Counted from the first letter of the stretch, positions 19,038 through 28,712 are shown. The stretch is DNA of 64,000 nt from an uncultured Chloroflexia bacterium (GCA_963735055.1 CAVTJN010000019.1:329547-393546); one strand, 5' to 3'. The notes: a model not told the origin generated them from the sequence alone. Numbers and translations: made by a program.

Positions 19038-19290
19038 GCCCCGGACTGGCCGTGTCCACCTGCAGCTAACGACGCACTCCTGGATGGGGTTCAGACTCGT
19101 CGTCCTGCGGGGCCGGCGGACTCAGGGGTTCGACCGGAACCAGGTGATCATCAGGCTGCCGAGAGCCAAAACAGCAAGCCGACTCCACACCGTACCAGCC
19201 GAGTTACCATTGGCAACGATACGGAATATACTATAGAGATAGGAGACGCCCGCGGGTGCCGTACCACCGTCTCCAGAGGGGCAACGCACT

Positions 19291-19812
19291 GTGAGTGAAC
19301 AGCAGAACACAATCGATGCGCTAAAGACTGCGCTTCAGATGGAAATCGAGGGTAAGGAATTCTACCAACTCGCTGCTCGTGACAGCCGGGACGCCCTCGG
19401 AAGGAAGCTGCTCAATGCCTTGGCCGGCGAAGAAGACATTCACCGCCAGGTGTTCGTCCGTATCTATGAGGCGATGCGGGCCAAGCAAGCCTGGCCCGAG
19501 GTCGACCTAAGACCGGACGGCGGACAGAATCTGAGGGCGGTATTCGCCTCTGCCGGCAAACAGGGCGAGACCCGGCCACAGACAGGTGATAGCGAACTCG
19601 CGGCGGTGCAAAAAGCGCGAACGATGGAGGGGAAGACCTACGATTTCTATGATCAGCGGCGGAAGCAAGCCAGCGACCCCGCGGAAAAGGAATTTTACGA
19701 GAGGCTCTGCGGTCAGGAGCAGCAACACGCCCTTGCCCTCGCCGACTATCATGAGTACCTTGTAAACCCAGCCGGCTGGTTCGTGAACAAGGAACACCCT
19801 TCGTTAGACTAG
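19291..19812 (+). CDS. Ferritin-like / rubrerythrin-family diiron protein (no rubredoxin domain)
   Basis: Two E..ExxH-type helices (EIEGKEFY...EEDIHRQ; EGKTYDFY...EQQHAL). Confidence 0.65.
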   Translation: MSEQQNTIDALKTALQMEIEGKEFYQLAARDSRDALGRKLLNALAGEEDIHRQVFVRIYEAMRAKQAWPEVDLRPDGGQNLRAVFASAGKQGETRPQTGDSELAAVQKARTMEGKTYDFYDQRRKQASDPAEKEFYERLCGQEQQHALALADYHEYLVNPAGWFVNKEHPSLD

Positions 19813-19815
19813 GAA

Positions 19816-20361
19816 GTGAACAAAATGACTGAACAGACGACCCATGGCACGATGAACCTGGGGGCACTGCGCAATGTCGGATACGGGATGTACATTATCG
19901 GCGCCCGGAAGGGGGACCGACTCAATGCCCAGGTCGCGAACACCCTGTTCCAGATAACATCGGAACCGCCGACCGTTGCGGTGAGCATTAACAAGAGTAA
20001 TCTCACTCACGAGTTCATCGAGGAGACCCGGGCGTTTTCCGCGTCGATCCTGGGCGAGGACACTCCCTTGACTTTCATCGGCCGTTTTGGATTCAAGTCG
20101 GGGCGCGATACCGACAAACTGGCTGGAGTCACCTACCGAATCGGTGAAACGGGGTCGCCAGTGGTCACAGAAAACGCGACGGCTTTCCTTGAAGTCAAGG
20201 TAAGCAAAGAAGTCGATATGGGAACGCACACTATTTTCATTGGCAGCATCGTGGCCGCCGACATTCTGAGCGACAAGGCAAGTATGAGCTACGCCTACTA
20301 CCATCAGGTCAAACGGGGGACCACCCCCAAGGCGGCCCCAAGCTACGTGGCGGACAAGTAA
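19816..20361 (+). CDS. Flavin reductase-like (FMN-binding split-barrel) protein
   Basis: ..YGMYIIGARKGDRLNAQVANTLFQITSEPPTVAVSINK.. The start may be the ATG at 19825. Confidence 0.7.
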   Translation: MNKMTEQTTHGTMNLGALRNVGYGMYIIGARKGDRLNAQVANTLFQITSEPPTVAVSINKSNLTHEFIEETRAFSASILGEDTPLTFIGRFGFKSGRDTDKLAGVTYRIGETGSPVVTENATAFLEVKVSKEVDMGTHTIFIGSIVAADILSDKASMSYAYYHQVKRGTTPKAAPSYVADK

Positions 20362-20376
20362 ATGGAGGCAACCAGA

Positions 20377-20538
20377 ATGCAGAAGTATCGCTGCACCGTC
20401 TGCGGTTATGTGTATGATCCGGCGTTGGGCGACCCGGACGGGGGCATCAAGCCCGGAACCCCTTTCGAGCAACTCCCCGACGGATGGGTTTGTCCGGTGT
20501 GCGGGGCGACCAAGAGCGACTTCGAAAAGATGGACTAG
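20377..20538 (+). CDS. Rubredoxin (53 aa; below the ORF-track length cut-off)
   Basis: [53 protein letters not shown] has two CxxCG knuckles. GGAGG lies 8 nt upstream. Confidence 0.9.
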   Translation: MQKYRCTVCGYVYDPALGDPDGGIKPGTPFEQLPDGWVCPVCGATKSDFEKMD

Positions 20539-20558
20539 TGATTTTGCGGAGGGCAGCC

Positions 20559-20804
20559 ATGGTGCGACTGGCAAAGAAGACCAAACTGAAACCGGAAGAG
20601 GCCATCCGAAAAGCCATCGACTTCTTTGGCCCCAAGGGCTATGGTCTCAAGTTGTACGAAGACAGCCCCTGTTGCGTCAAGTTCGAGGGGGGCGGTGGAA
20701 TCGTCGAGGTTACGTCGTCGGCCGAAGAGAAGGGATCGTCGGTGGAGATCGTATCACAGGAATGGGATGTCCAGGCACATGAGTTCATGGGTAAACTAAA
20801 ATAG
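20559..20804 (+). CDS. Hypothetical small protein (81 aa)
   Basis: ATG after GGAGGG: MVRLAKKTKLKPEEAIRKAIDFFGPKGYGLKLYEDSPCCVKFEGGGG.. No recognised motif. Confidence 0.45.
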   Translation: MVRLAKKTKLKPEEAIRKAIDFFGPKGYGLKLYEDSPCCVKFEGGGGIVEVTSSAEEKGSSVEIVSQEWDVQAHEFMGKLK

Positions 20805-20899
20805 CGTCTGCGTAACCATAGTTGTTGGTTTCAACCTGATATACGGGACCTTAGGCTGCAGAGAATCAGCCCCACAAATAGAGAATTGGAGGTAGGACC

Positions 20900-21343
20900 A
20901 TGGCAAAGATCGCACCGGTAACCAAGGTTTCCAAGGAACTGCTGGGCCTGTTGAATGACGCGATCGCGCGCGAGCTTCAAGTCGTCGTTCAGTACATGTG
21001 GCAGCACGTTCAATGGAGCGGAGTCAAAGGATTCGCCGTCAAGGATTCGTTACAGTCGATCGCCATCGAAGAGATGAAGCATGCGGAGGCCATCGCCGAA
21101 CGCCTGTTCTACTTCGACGGTACCCCGACCACGAAACCCACGCCCATCTTCGTCGGCAACACCCTGAAAGAGATGATGGAACAGAATGTCAAGGACGAAG
21201 AAGGGGCCATCGTACTGTACAAGAAGATAATCGCCAAGGCCGCCGCAGATGGTGATGAATCAACCGTGCTGATGTTTGAGGGTATTCTCAAACAGGAAGA
21301 GGACCATCACGACACTTTCAGCACCCTGCTCGAAGACCTGTAG
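20900..21343 (+). CDS. Bacterioferritin-like (ferritin superfamily) protein
   Basis: ..ARELQVVVQYMWQH..IEEMKHAEAIAERL..KDEEGAIVLY..EEDHHD.. Confidence 0.75.
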   Translation: MAKIAPVTKVSKELLGLLNDAIARELQVVVQYMWQHVQWSGVKGFAVKDSLQSIAIEEMKHAEAIAERLFYFDGTPTTKPTPIFVGNTLKEMMEQNVKDEEGAIVLYKKIIAKAAADGDESTVLMFEGILKQEEDHHDTFSTLLEDL

Positions 21344-21367
21344 CGTCTGGGAGTCTGACCGAAAATG

Positions 21368-21404
21368 AAAGAGCCGTGCGCCCTCGGGGCGCACGGCTCT
21401 TTTG
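21368..21404. terminator. Bidirectional intrinsic terminator between the convergent bfr-like and nadA genes
   Basis: 13-bp stem GAGCCGTGCGCCC/GGGCGCACGGCTC flanked by AAA on one side and TTTT on the other. Confidence 0.75.
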
Positions 21405-21416
21405 GCGTGCCGGCAT

Positions 21417-22339
21417 TCACCCTATTTCGAGCATCCGGTCAACGGCGCGCCTCGCCTTGACGCGGATGGGTTCCGGTATCTTGATCACGTGACTATTGTT
21501 CTGCAGCGACCATAGAATCGTATCGAGCGTGATGAGTTTCATCCGCGGGCACACCGCTTGCTCCGATACGGCAAAGAACCGCTTGTCCGGATTCTCCTTC
21601 TGCAGACGATGAATAATGCCGATTTCAGTGCCGATTATCATTTCTGCAGCGTCAGTATCATGGGCGTAGCGAATCATCCCGCCGGTGCTGAGAACGGCGT
21701 CGGCCATCGCTTTGGCTTCCGGACGGCACTCCGGGTGCACCAGGACCTTGGCGGAGGGATGCTCTTTCAGGCGACGCGGCGATATCCTCGGGCAGAATCC
21801 GGGCGTGGGTCGGACAATATCCCGGCCAAAGTATCATCGATCTTCCGGTCTGCTCGGCCACCCAACCACCCAGATATTGATCCGGCACGAATATTATTTC
21901 CGGGGCGTCGCCCAACTTCCGCACCACCCTCACCGCGTTGGCAGAGGTGCAACAGATATCCGATTCGGCTTTGACCGCAGCGGTAGTGTTTACGTAGCAC
22001 ACCACTTTTGCCGAAGGATGCTCTTTCTTCTTCTGGCGAAGCCCATCGGGCGTTATCATGTTGGCCATCGGGCAGCCGGCGTGCAAATCAGGCAGCAGCA
22101 CGGTCTTGTCGGGACATATTATGGCCGCCGTCTCCGCCATGAAATGAACGCCGCAGAAGACAATCACCTCAGCGTCTGTCCCGGCCGCCTTTCTGACTCA
22201 ACTCGAGCGAATCACCGTTGAAGTCGGCGATTTCCTGCACCTCACCGAGCTGGTAGTTGTGCGCCAGAATGACCGCCTTCCGCTCCTTCTTCAGTTTCAG
22301 AATACTGTCGACCAGAGCCGGATCACGGTCCGCCATCAT
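21417..22339 (-). pseudogene. nadA: Quinolinate synthase NadA interrupted by two +1 frameshifts
   Basis: Three ORF fragments (22169..22366, 21658..22167, 21417..21740) join colinearly: ..DSLELSQK[g][19 protein letters not shown].. near 22175-22185 and ..PEDIAAS[c][18 protein letters not shown].. near 21760-21775. Confidence 0.8.
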
Positions 22340-23116
22340 GAATCCTCCACCGGTTGGCATAGACATTCATTCTCTTCCCCCGGACGAATCCGAGAAGGGT
22401 TATTCCCAGATCGTTGGCGAGCTTGACACCAAGGTCGGTCGGCGCCGATTTGGACGCGATCAGCGGGATACGCCGCCGCGCCACTTTGAGCAGGATCTCA
22501 GAGGAAATCCGGCCGCTGGTGACCACCATGCGGTCATCGGTCGGGATGTCTTCGAGAAGACACCGGCCGAATATCTTGTCGACAGCGTTGTGCCGGCCAA
22601 CGTCCTCCGAGAACACAAGTATCTTCTCCGAATCGCATAGAGCAGCGCTGTGGACTCCTCCGGTTGTCCGGTACAGGTCGGAGCGGCGCTGGAACTCTTT
22701 CACGAGGGAACCGATTTCGGCCGTCGAAACCCGAAATCGGAGAGACTGATCTTCTCCATCCCGATCGCGTCTGCGGCACTGTAGAAGGAGGCGCCCCGCC
22801 CACAACCAGAGCTGATGAACCGGCGGAACACCTCATCGCCTTGACCCTTGTCCCCTGTCGTTTCAACGCGAACGACGCCCCGAGTCTCGTCAACCAGGAC
22901 CTTCTTGAGATCGTTCTTGGACAGGATGAGTCCCTCCGAGAACAGGAACCCGATCGCCAGAGGCTTAAGGTCGGCAGGCGAACACAGCAGCGTCACCAGC
23001 TCGCGATCGTTCAGAACGACGGTGAGCGGAAACTCACGGGCCACCACATCCTGAACGGTGGTGCCTGCGTCCTCCGATACACGCCATACCTCGACTTGAC
23101 CGACCTCAGTCTCCAT
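22323..23116 (-). pseudogene. fdhD: Formate dehydrogenase accessory sulfurtransferase FdhD with one frameshift
   Basis: ORF 22700..23116 (..SSGCGRGAS..) and ORF 22323..22805 (..TGGVHSAAL..DVGRHNAVDK..) overlap in different frames. The switch lies inside a 10-bp inverted repeat at 22711-22740. Confidence 0.75.
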
Positions 23117-23549
23117 CTTGACTGACCCTGATCTCGTCGCCAGCCCTCACTACGCCGCTTCGAAGGACCCTGGTAAACACGCCTTCCTTGGGCATGATAC
23201 ACTTGCCCACCTGCTTGAAGATGGCGCACCCGGTGTGGCATTCCTTTCCGATCTGGGTTATCTCAAGCAGCACTTCATCACCCACGGCAAAACGGGTACC
23301 GACCGGCAGGATAAGATCGATGCCCTCGGTGGTGAGATTCTCAGCGAAGCTCCCCGGTACCACGTTGTAGCCCTCTGCTTTCATCCGGTTGATGCTCTCG
23401 ATCGACATGAGACTGACCTGACGCTTGATGTGGCTTTCGGCGTGGGCATCACCCTTGAGCCCGAAATCCTGTTCGATGAGGCCCTCGTCAATCGGATCTT
23501 TGACAGTGCCTTTACGATCGCTGCGGCACACCGCCAATATCTTCGCCAA
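23106..23549 (-). CDS. MOSC domain protein
   Basis: 147 aa: ..RQVSLMSIESI..GSFAENLTTEG..GKECHTGCAI.. Confidence 0.7.
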   Translation of the reverse strand: MAKILAVCRSDRKGTVKDPIDEGLIEQDFGLKGDAHAESHIKRQVSLMSIESINRMKAEGYNVVPGSFAENLTTEGIDLILPVGTRFAVGDEVLLEITQIGKECHTGCAIFKQVGKCIMPKEGVFTRVLRSGVVRAGDEIRVSQDGD

Positions 23550-23553
23550 TTCC

Positions 23554-24636
23554 CTACTCCTTCACCGAGTCTATTATTCCGCCGCCCACCACAACATCCC
23601 CATCGTAGAAGACGACCGTTTGCCCCGGGGCGATAGCCATTTGTGGCTCCTCGAACTTTACATAAACGTTGTCCCGAGACAAAGGCATGACCGTCGCTCT
23701 CGCTTCCCGGTGGCGGTACCTGATTCTTGCACTGAGTTCGATCGGCCCCTCAAGACCGTCGATGGCGATCCAATTCAGATTGGAGGCAATCAGTCCGCCG
23801 CTGGATGTCTCGCTGCGTTCGCCGACGATAACAGCGTTCCGAGCCGGGTCAAGGGCGGTCACATACAGCGGCTTCTCACTGGCAATGCCAAGGCCCCGTC
23901 GCTGACCGATAGTGTGGCGCCCAACACCGGAGTGCCTTCCCAATTCCTTTCCGTTACGGTCCAGGATCGGGCCGGAATTGGACGGCTCAAGGAGGCCTTC
24001 ATAATCGCGGTCGACAAAATCCTGGCTCTCCTGCTTTTCGGCCACCGGCAGGCCGAACCCGATCGCAAGCCGGCGCACGTCGGCCTTACAGTAACCACCA
24101 AGAGGGAATAGAGAGCGAGCCACCTGTGCCCTGGAAAGAAGTGCCAGGAAATACGACTGATCTTTGCCAAGGTCTTTAGCCTTCTTCAATAGATGCCGGC
24201 CGTCACTCTGGCGATACTCCACGTTGGCGTAGTGGCCAGTGGCGAAGTAATCAAACCGGATACCGCTCTCAACGACTTTGTCGACCAGCGCCCCGAACTT
24301 TATCGCCGGGTTGCAGCGCGAGCATGGATTCGGCGTCCGCCCCGACCGGTACTCGCTTCGAAAGTAGTCGAGCACCTCCGACCGGTATTCGACGGAAAGA
24401 TCAAGCACATGAAAAGGGATTCCGAGCTTGAGTGCAACCTGCCGCGCGTCATCTATGTCCTCTTCCTCGCCTGGGCCGTAGCAGCCATGGCGCCCCTGCG
24501 CAGACGAGGCAGGCCCGTCCCACAGCTTCATGGTGACACCGGCAACGCGATAACCGCCCTCCAAGAGAAGGGCGGCGGCGACCGATGAGTCAACGCCTCC
24601 GCTCATCCCGACAACAACGTCAAGCGCTCCGGACAT
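23554..24636 (-). CDS. mnmA: tRNA-specific 2-thiouridylase
   Basis: PP-loop VVGMSGGVDSSVAA, then ..GRTPNPCSRCN..ATGHYA.. Confidence 0.9.
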   Translation of the reverse strand: MSGALDVVVGMSGGVDSSVAAALLLEGGYRVAGVTMKLWDGPASSAQGRHGCYGPGEEEDIDDARQVALKLGIPFHVLDLSVEYRSEVLDYFRSEYRSGRTPNPCSRCNPAIKFGALVDKVVESGIRFDYFATGHYANVEYRQSDGRHLLKKAKDLGKDQSYFLALLSRAQVARSLFPLGGYCKADVRRLAIGFGLPVAEKQESQDFVDRDYEGLLEPSNSGPILDRNGKELGRHSGVGRHTIGQRRGLGIASEKPLYVTALDPARNAVIVGERSETSSGGLIASNLNWIAIDGLEGPIELSARIRYRHREARATVMPLSRDNVYVKFEEPQMAIAPGQTVVFYDGDVVVGGGIIDSVKE

Positions 24637-24665
24637 CGTATGTCCTCCAGTACACGGAAGGTTGT

Positions 24666-25088
24666 CTATTCTTTCGGGGGTTCACCCCGCCTCAGCCCAT
24701 GCAGCATTTCATGCTCTTTTCGCATGCACTTGTCCATGACCACCGCCAGTCCGGCTTCCCTGGCACGGGCGGCCGCAACGTCGTTAACGACTCCTTCCTG
24801 CATCCACACCACCCTGGCCCCGATCTTGATCGCCTGCTCGACAATGGGCGGGACGTCGCTGGACCGGCGAAAGATATCCACGATCTCGACGTTCCCCGGC
24901 ACCGAAGCCAGATCCGGGTAGCAGACCTCACCCAGGACCTCAGGGGCCATTGGATTCACCGGGATTACGCGGTACCCATGTTCCTTCAGGTGTTCCGCCA
25001 CGCGGTAGCTGTCTCGTTCTCTGTTTGGAGAGAGTCCGACGACGGCGACGATCCGGTAGGACGTCAGGATATCGGACTCAACGCTCAC
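24666..25088 (-). CDS. CoA-binding domain protein (YccU/YneT-like)
   Basis: ..IVAVVGLSPNRERDSYRVAEHLKEHGYRVIPVNP.. GTG start overlaps the upstream stop (GTGA). Confidence 0.75.
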   Translation of the reverse strand: MSVESDILTSYRIVAVVGLSPNRERDSYRVAEHLKEHGYRVIPVNPMAPEVLGEVCYPDLASVPGNVEIVDIFRRSSDVPPIVEQAIKIGARVVWMQEGVVNDVAAARAREAGLAVVMDKCMRKEHEMLHGLRRGEPPKE

Positions 25089-26155
25089 TTGCCCTCCAAG
25101 GCCGATCGCCGTGCGAGGGCGTCGTAGAAAGCCTTCCAGAATGGATCGACAACCGGATGCACCAGCTTCGTTTCGCGCCCGCCCTCAACCAGGACCATTC
25201 CCCGTTCGGCCGAGGTCAGATCACCGACGATTGAGGCCTTGATGCCCTTCTTCGAAAGGGCATTCACCACACTATCAGCCTTGTGCGGACGGCAGGACAT
25301 TATAAGCGTACCCTCACTGATCGAGGCGTAGGGATCGATGCCAAACAAGTGACAGACCTCGCGCACGCTTTCTTCAACCACAATACGGTCTTTTTCAACG
25401 CGGACGCCGAGACCCGATGCCTGCGCTATTTCGTACAAACCGCCCCAGACACCACACTCGGTGGCATCGTGCAGGGCGCTGACGCCGTTGTCCCGCACTC
25501 CGACGCTAACCGCAGTGAGGGCATCCTCCACGACAGACATCTTGTAGAAGACGGTCGCCGCTTGTCGGCTCACCGCGGCCCCGAGTTCCCGCTCGATAAG
25601 CGAGGGGAACATCGCGGCGAAGATCCCGGTGGCTTCAATCGCCGGGCCTTTAGTGATGATTATCTTATCGCCCACCTTCGCCATTCTTGGAGTCACGTAC
25701 TCTTCCAGTCCGCCAATACCGATTACCGTGGCTCCACCAACCATCGGATAGTGACAGTTTTCATAGCGGGCGGTATGCCCGGTGATGACCGCAATACCAA
25801 GCTTCTCGCACTCACGGTGCATGGTGTCCCACATGGTCACCAGTTGCTGTTTGGTGATCTCCATGGGCAGGTTTAGATCTATCGAAAGGTACTTGGGCCT
25901 GAGACCGCTGGTGACCGAATCCGATGCAAGGATATGAATCGCAAACCAGGCGGCACGCTCCCACCCGTATTCAGGCACAATGAACACGGGGTCGGTTGTA
26001 AAGGACACTGCCTGACCACCGATTTCCACGATGCCGACGTCCACCCCGTGCTGAGGTCCCACGAGGATGCTGCCATTCCGGGCACCAAGACGCGGATAGA
26101 TCAGTTCGTTAAAAATCTCAAGAGAAATCTTGCCTATCTCTGGTATCTCAGCCAT
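25085..26155 (-). CDS. AIR synthase-related (PurM/HypE/SelD/ThiL superfamily) protein of unknown specificity
   Basis: 356 aa: ..HGVDVGIVEIGGQAVSFTTDPVFIVPEYG..ASDSVTSG.. The ATG abuts the nifS stop with no spacer. Confidence 0.65.
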   Translation of the reverse strand: MAEIPEIGKISLEIFNELIYPRLGARNGSILVGPQHGVDVGIVEIGGQAVSFTTDPVFIVPEYGWERAAWFAIHILASDSVTSGLRPKYLSIDLNLPMEITKQQLVTMWDTMHRECEKLGIAVITGHTARYENCHYPMVGGATVIGIGGLEEYVTPRMAKVGDKIIITKGPAIEATGIFAAMFPSLIERELGAAVSRQAATVFYKMSVVEDALTAVSVGVRDNGVSALHDATECGVWGGLYEIAQASGLGVRVEKDRIVVEESVREVCHLFGIDPYASISEGTLIMSCRPHKADSVVNALSKKGIKASIVGDLTSAERGMVLVEGGRETKLVHPVVDPFWKAFYDALARRSALEGK

Positions 26156-27325
26156 CTACCCCACCTTACCTTTCAGCAACGGAGACATGGCCCTCAGCTT
26201 GCCGACCACATTGGTCAGAGAACTGATCACCCGATCGATCTCATCTGGCTGGGTCCATTTGCCCAGGGTGAAACGTAGCGAACCGTGCCCCAATTGGGGA
26301 GGGACTCCCAGGGCCATCAGCACGTGAGACGGCTCCGCGCTCGAGGAACTACATGCTGACCCGGTCGAAACGCAGATCCCTTCCAGATCCAGGTTCAGGC
26401 ACAGGGATTCCCCCTCGACAAAGTCAACGCTGACATTGACGTTGTTGGGCAACCGGCGCGTGGGATGGCCGTTCAGGATGACCCGGTCCATGCCCTCGGT
26501 CAGCCCGTTGATGAGCCTGTCTCTCAAGACCGTCAACCGCGCGCCCTCGGCGTCCATCTCGTCCCGGGCAATATCGGCCGCCTTCCCAAATCCGACGATC
26601 CCGGCCACGTTCTCGGTACTTGCCCGACGGCCGTGCTCCTGGGCTCCGCCGTGCATCAAGGAAGTCAAACGGACCCCTTTTCTAACGTAAAGGGCCCCGA
26701 CGCCCTTCGGTCCATAGAGCTTGTGGGCTGACGTCGAAAGCATGTCAATTCCCATACTGTTGACGTCGACCGGAAGATGACCGATGGTCTGAACAGCGTC
26801 CGTGTGGAAGAGCACCCCGGCTTCCCTGGTGATACGGCCGATTTCGGCAATCGGCTGCACCGTGCCGACTTCGTTGTTGGCATGCATTACGGACACCAGG
26901 AGAGTGCCGGGCCTGATCGCCTTTTTCACATCTTGAGGATCGACCAGCCCCTGTTTGTCCACCTTCAGGTAAGTAACCTCGAAGCCTCGTTCCTCAAGAA
27001 ACTTGGCTGTCTCCAAGATCGCATGATGCTCAATGGCAGTAGTAATGAAGTGGTTACCCTTCGCCTCCCGTGAAAAAGCGAGTCCCTTGAAGGCGTAATT
27101 GTCGGCTTCGGTGCCGCTTCCGGTGAAGATGATCTCCTCAGGCTGCGCCCCAATGAGAGCTGCGACCTGGGTTCTGGCCACCTCAATGCCCTCTTTGGCT
27201 TCCTGGCCGATGGAGTAGATGCTAGAAGGATTGCCGTAATACTCGGTGAAATACGGCAACATTTCTTTGACTACGTCAGGGTGCACAGGCGTGGTGGCGG
27301 CGTAGTCGAGATAGATTCTCTTCAT
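26156..27325 (-). CDS. Cysteine desulfurase (NifS/IscS family)
   Basis: PLP-Lys motif [10 protein letters not shown] and catalytic loop STGSACSS. Confidence 0.9.
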   Translation of the reverse strand: MKRIYLDYAATTPVHPDVVKEMLPYFTEYYGNPSSIYSIGQEAKEGIEVARTQVAALIGAQPEEIIFTGSGTEADNYAFKGLAFSREAKGNHFITTAIEHHAILETAKFLEERGFEVTYLKVDKQGLVDPQDVKKAIRPGTLLVSVMHANNEVGTVQPIAEIGRITREAGVLFHTDAVQTIGHLPVDVNSMGIDMLSTSAHKLYGPKGVGALYVRKGVRLTSLMHGGAQEHGRRASTENVAGIVGFGKAADIARDEMDAEGARLTVLRDRLINGLTEGMDRVILNGHPTRRLPNNVNVSVDFVEGESLCLNLDLEGICVSTGSACSSSSAEPSHVLMALGVPPQLGHGSLRFTLGKWTQPDEIDRVISSLTNVVGKLRAMSPLLKGKVG

Positions 27326-27374
27326 TGGTCGCAGTCCCTCCGTAACATCATCCGAACGTCGCTCTCATATCGGC

Positions 27375-27404
27375 ATTATAGCATTCAGATTTGAGCGTCT
27401 CAAA
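27375..27404 (-). promoter_or_regulatory. Promoter of the nifS operon with palindrome over the -35
   Basis: Minus strand: TTGAGA (27403-27398), 17 nt, TATAAT (27380-27375). Palindrome TTTGAG-ACG-CTCAAA spans 27390-27404. Confidence 0.5.
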
Positions 27405-27566
27405 CAGACTCCAAAGGTTATTCCCACACCTGCCCGGAACTGAAACTGTACCGTGATCGCGTATCGAGGCGGGCTCTCCGTGACCGGCCGCGATCGCGAC
27501 CTCAAGCCAACACGCCATGCCGGTGAGAACGCGTTGCTCTCGCTGCAGGCCGCTGCGTCCGGCACA

Positions 27567-28712
27567 CTATCCGAATGCGCCTAAAGCCTGCGCAAGATCC
27601 GCTATCAGGTCATCGATATCTTCAAGTCCGACGGAAAGCCGGATAAGGCTATTCTTGATGCCGATCTTCGCCCGGAACTCCGGGGGCATTGAAGCGTGAC
27701 TCATCGAGGCCGGGTGTTCGGCAAGGGAGGCCGACCCTCCGAGCGACTCGGCCAATGAACAGAGTCTCATCGCCCTCAGGAAACGATTGGCGGTGCGAAT
27801 ACCTCCCTTGGTTTCAAACGAGACCATGCCCCCGAAACCAGCCATCTGGCGGCGCGCCGTTTCGTGGCCCGGGTGGGACGGGAGGCCCGGATAATACACC
27901 CGGGAAACGCCCGGGCAGTGGCAAAGATAATCGGCGACCGCGGCGGCATTCGCCTGGTGCTGCCTCATCCTGACTGCCAGGGTCTGGATACCGCGCAGGA
28001 CAAGCCAGCAATCGAACGGGGCCGCGCAGGTGCCCAATCCGTTCAACAGGAACTGCACCCTTTGGGTCAGTTCGTCACTCGTCGTGACCACGGCGCCGCC
28101 CACGACATCACTGTGCCCGTTCAGGTACTTCGTCGTGGAATGCACCACCAGGTCAATTCCGAACGCAACCGGCTTCAGTAGATACGGCGTGGCGAAGGTA
28201 TTGTCCATGACCGTCAGTATGCGATGCTTTCGGGCCACGTCAACGACCATCTCAAGATCAGTGATGTTCAGGAGAGGATTGGACGGAGATTCGACCCAGA
28301 GCATCCTGGTGTTGGGACGAATAGCCGCCTCGAGCTTCCGCCTGTCGTTAAGTCTGACAAAAGTGAAGTCAATGCCGAACTCGCCCATGATATCGTGAAA
28401 CAGCCGGTACGTGCCTCCATAGACGTCGTCCCCGGAAATGACGTGGTCGCCGGCCCTGAGAAGGTGGATCACCGTACTTTCGGCCGCCATACCCGTGGCA
28501 AAGGCAAAACCGGCCCTACCACCTTCAAGCCCGGCTATTGTCTCTTCAAGGGCTCGCCGCGTCGGGTTCGCGCTCCGCGAATAGTCGAATCCCCTGGTCT
28601 TCCCCAGATCGTCAAAAGCAAAGGTGGACGTCTGATATATAGGCACGGACATCGCGCCGTAGGCCCTGTCCGGCCGTTCGCCGGCGTGGATCGCGATGGT
28701 TTCGAATTTCAT
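27567..28712 (-). CDS. Cys/Met-metabolism PLP enzyme (cystathionine gamma-synthase/lyase family)
   Basis: ..IHAGERPD..PIYQTSTF..HSTTKYLNGHSDVVGG.. Confidence 0.85.
   Translation of the reverse strand: MKFETIAIHAGERPDRAYGAMSVPIYQTSTFAFDDLGKTRGFDYSRSANPTRRALEETIAGLEGGRAGFAFATGMAAESTVIHLLRAGDHVISGDDVYGGTYRLFHDIMGEFGIDFTFVRLNDRRKLEAAIRPNTRMLWVESPSNPLLNITDLEMVVDVARKHRILTVMDNTFATPYLLKPVAFGIDLVVHSTTKYLNGHSDVVGGAVVTTSDELTQRVQFLLNGLGTCAAPFDCWLVLRGIQTLAVRMRQHQANAAAVADYLCHCPGVSRVYYPGLPSHPGHETARRQMAGFGGMVSFETKGGIRTANRFLRAMRLCSLAESLGGSASLAEHPASMSHASMPPEFRAKIGIKNSLIRLSVGLEDIDDLIADLAQALGAFG

Noticed and set aside
19122-19310. 62-aa minus-strand ORF with one hydrophobic segment between greA-like and the ferritin-like gene
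   Set aside because: Its only Met start overlaps the ferritin-like gene start. It has no RBS and its composition looks like a shadow frame.
22700-22760. Programmed -1 ribosomal frameshift in fdhD stimulated by the 10-bp hairpin
   Set aside because: No X-XXY-YYZ slippery heptamer lies 5-9 nt upstream of the hairpin, and the frame switch falls inside the stem itself. A deletion, real or artefactual, is the simpler explanation.
27365-27565. 66-aa ORF in the metB-nifS spacer
   Set aside because: It overlaps the predicted nifS promoter, has no RBS and has an Arg/Ser-rich sequence. The spacer is better explained as regulatory DNA.
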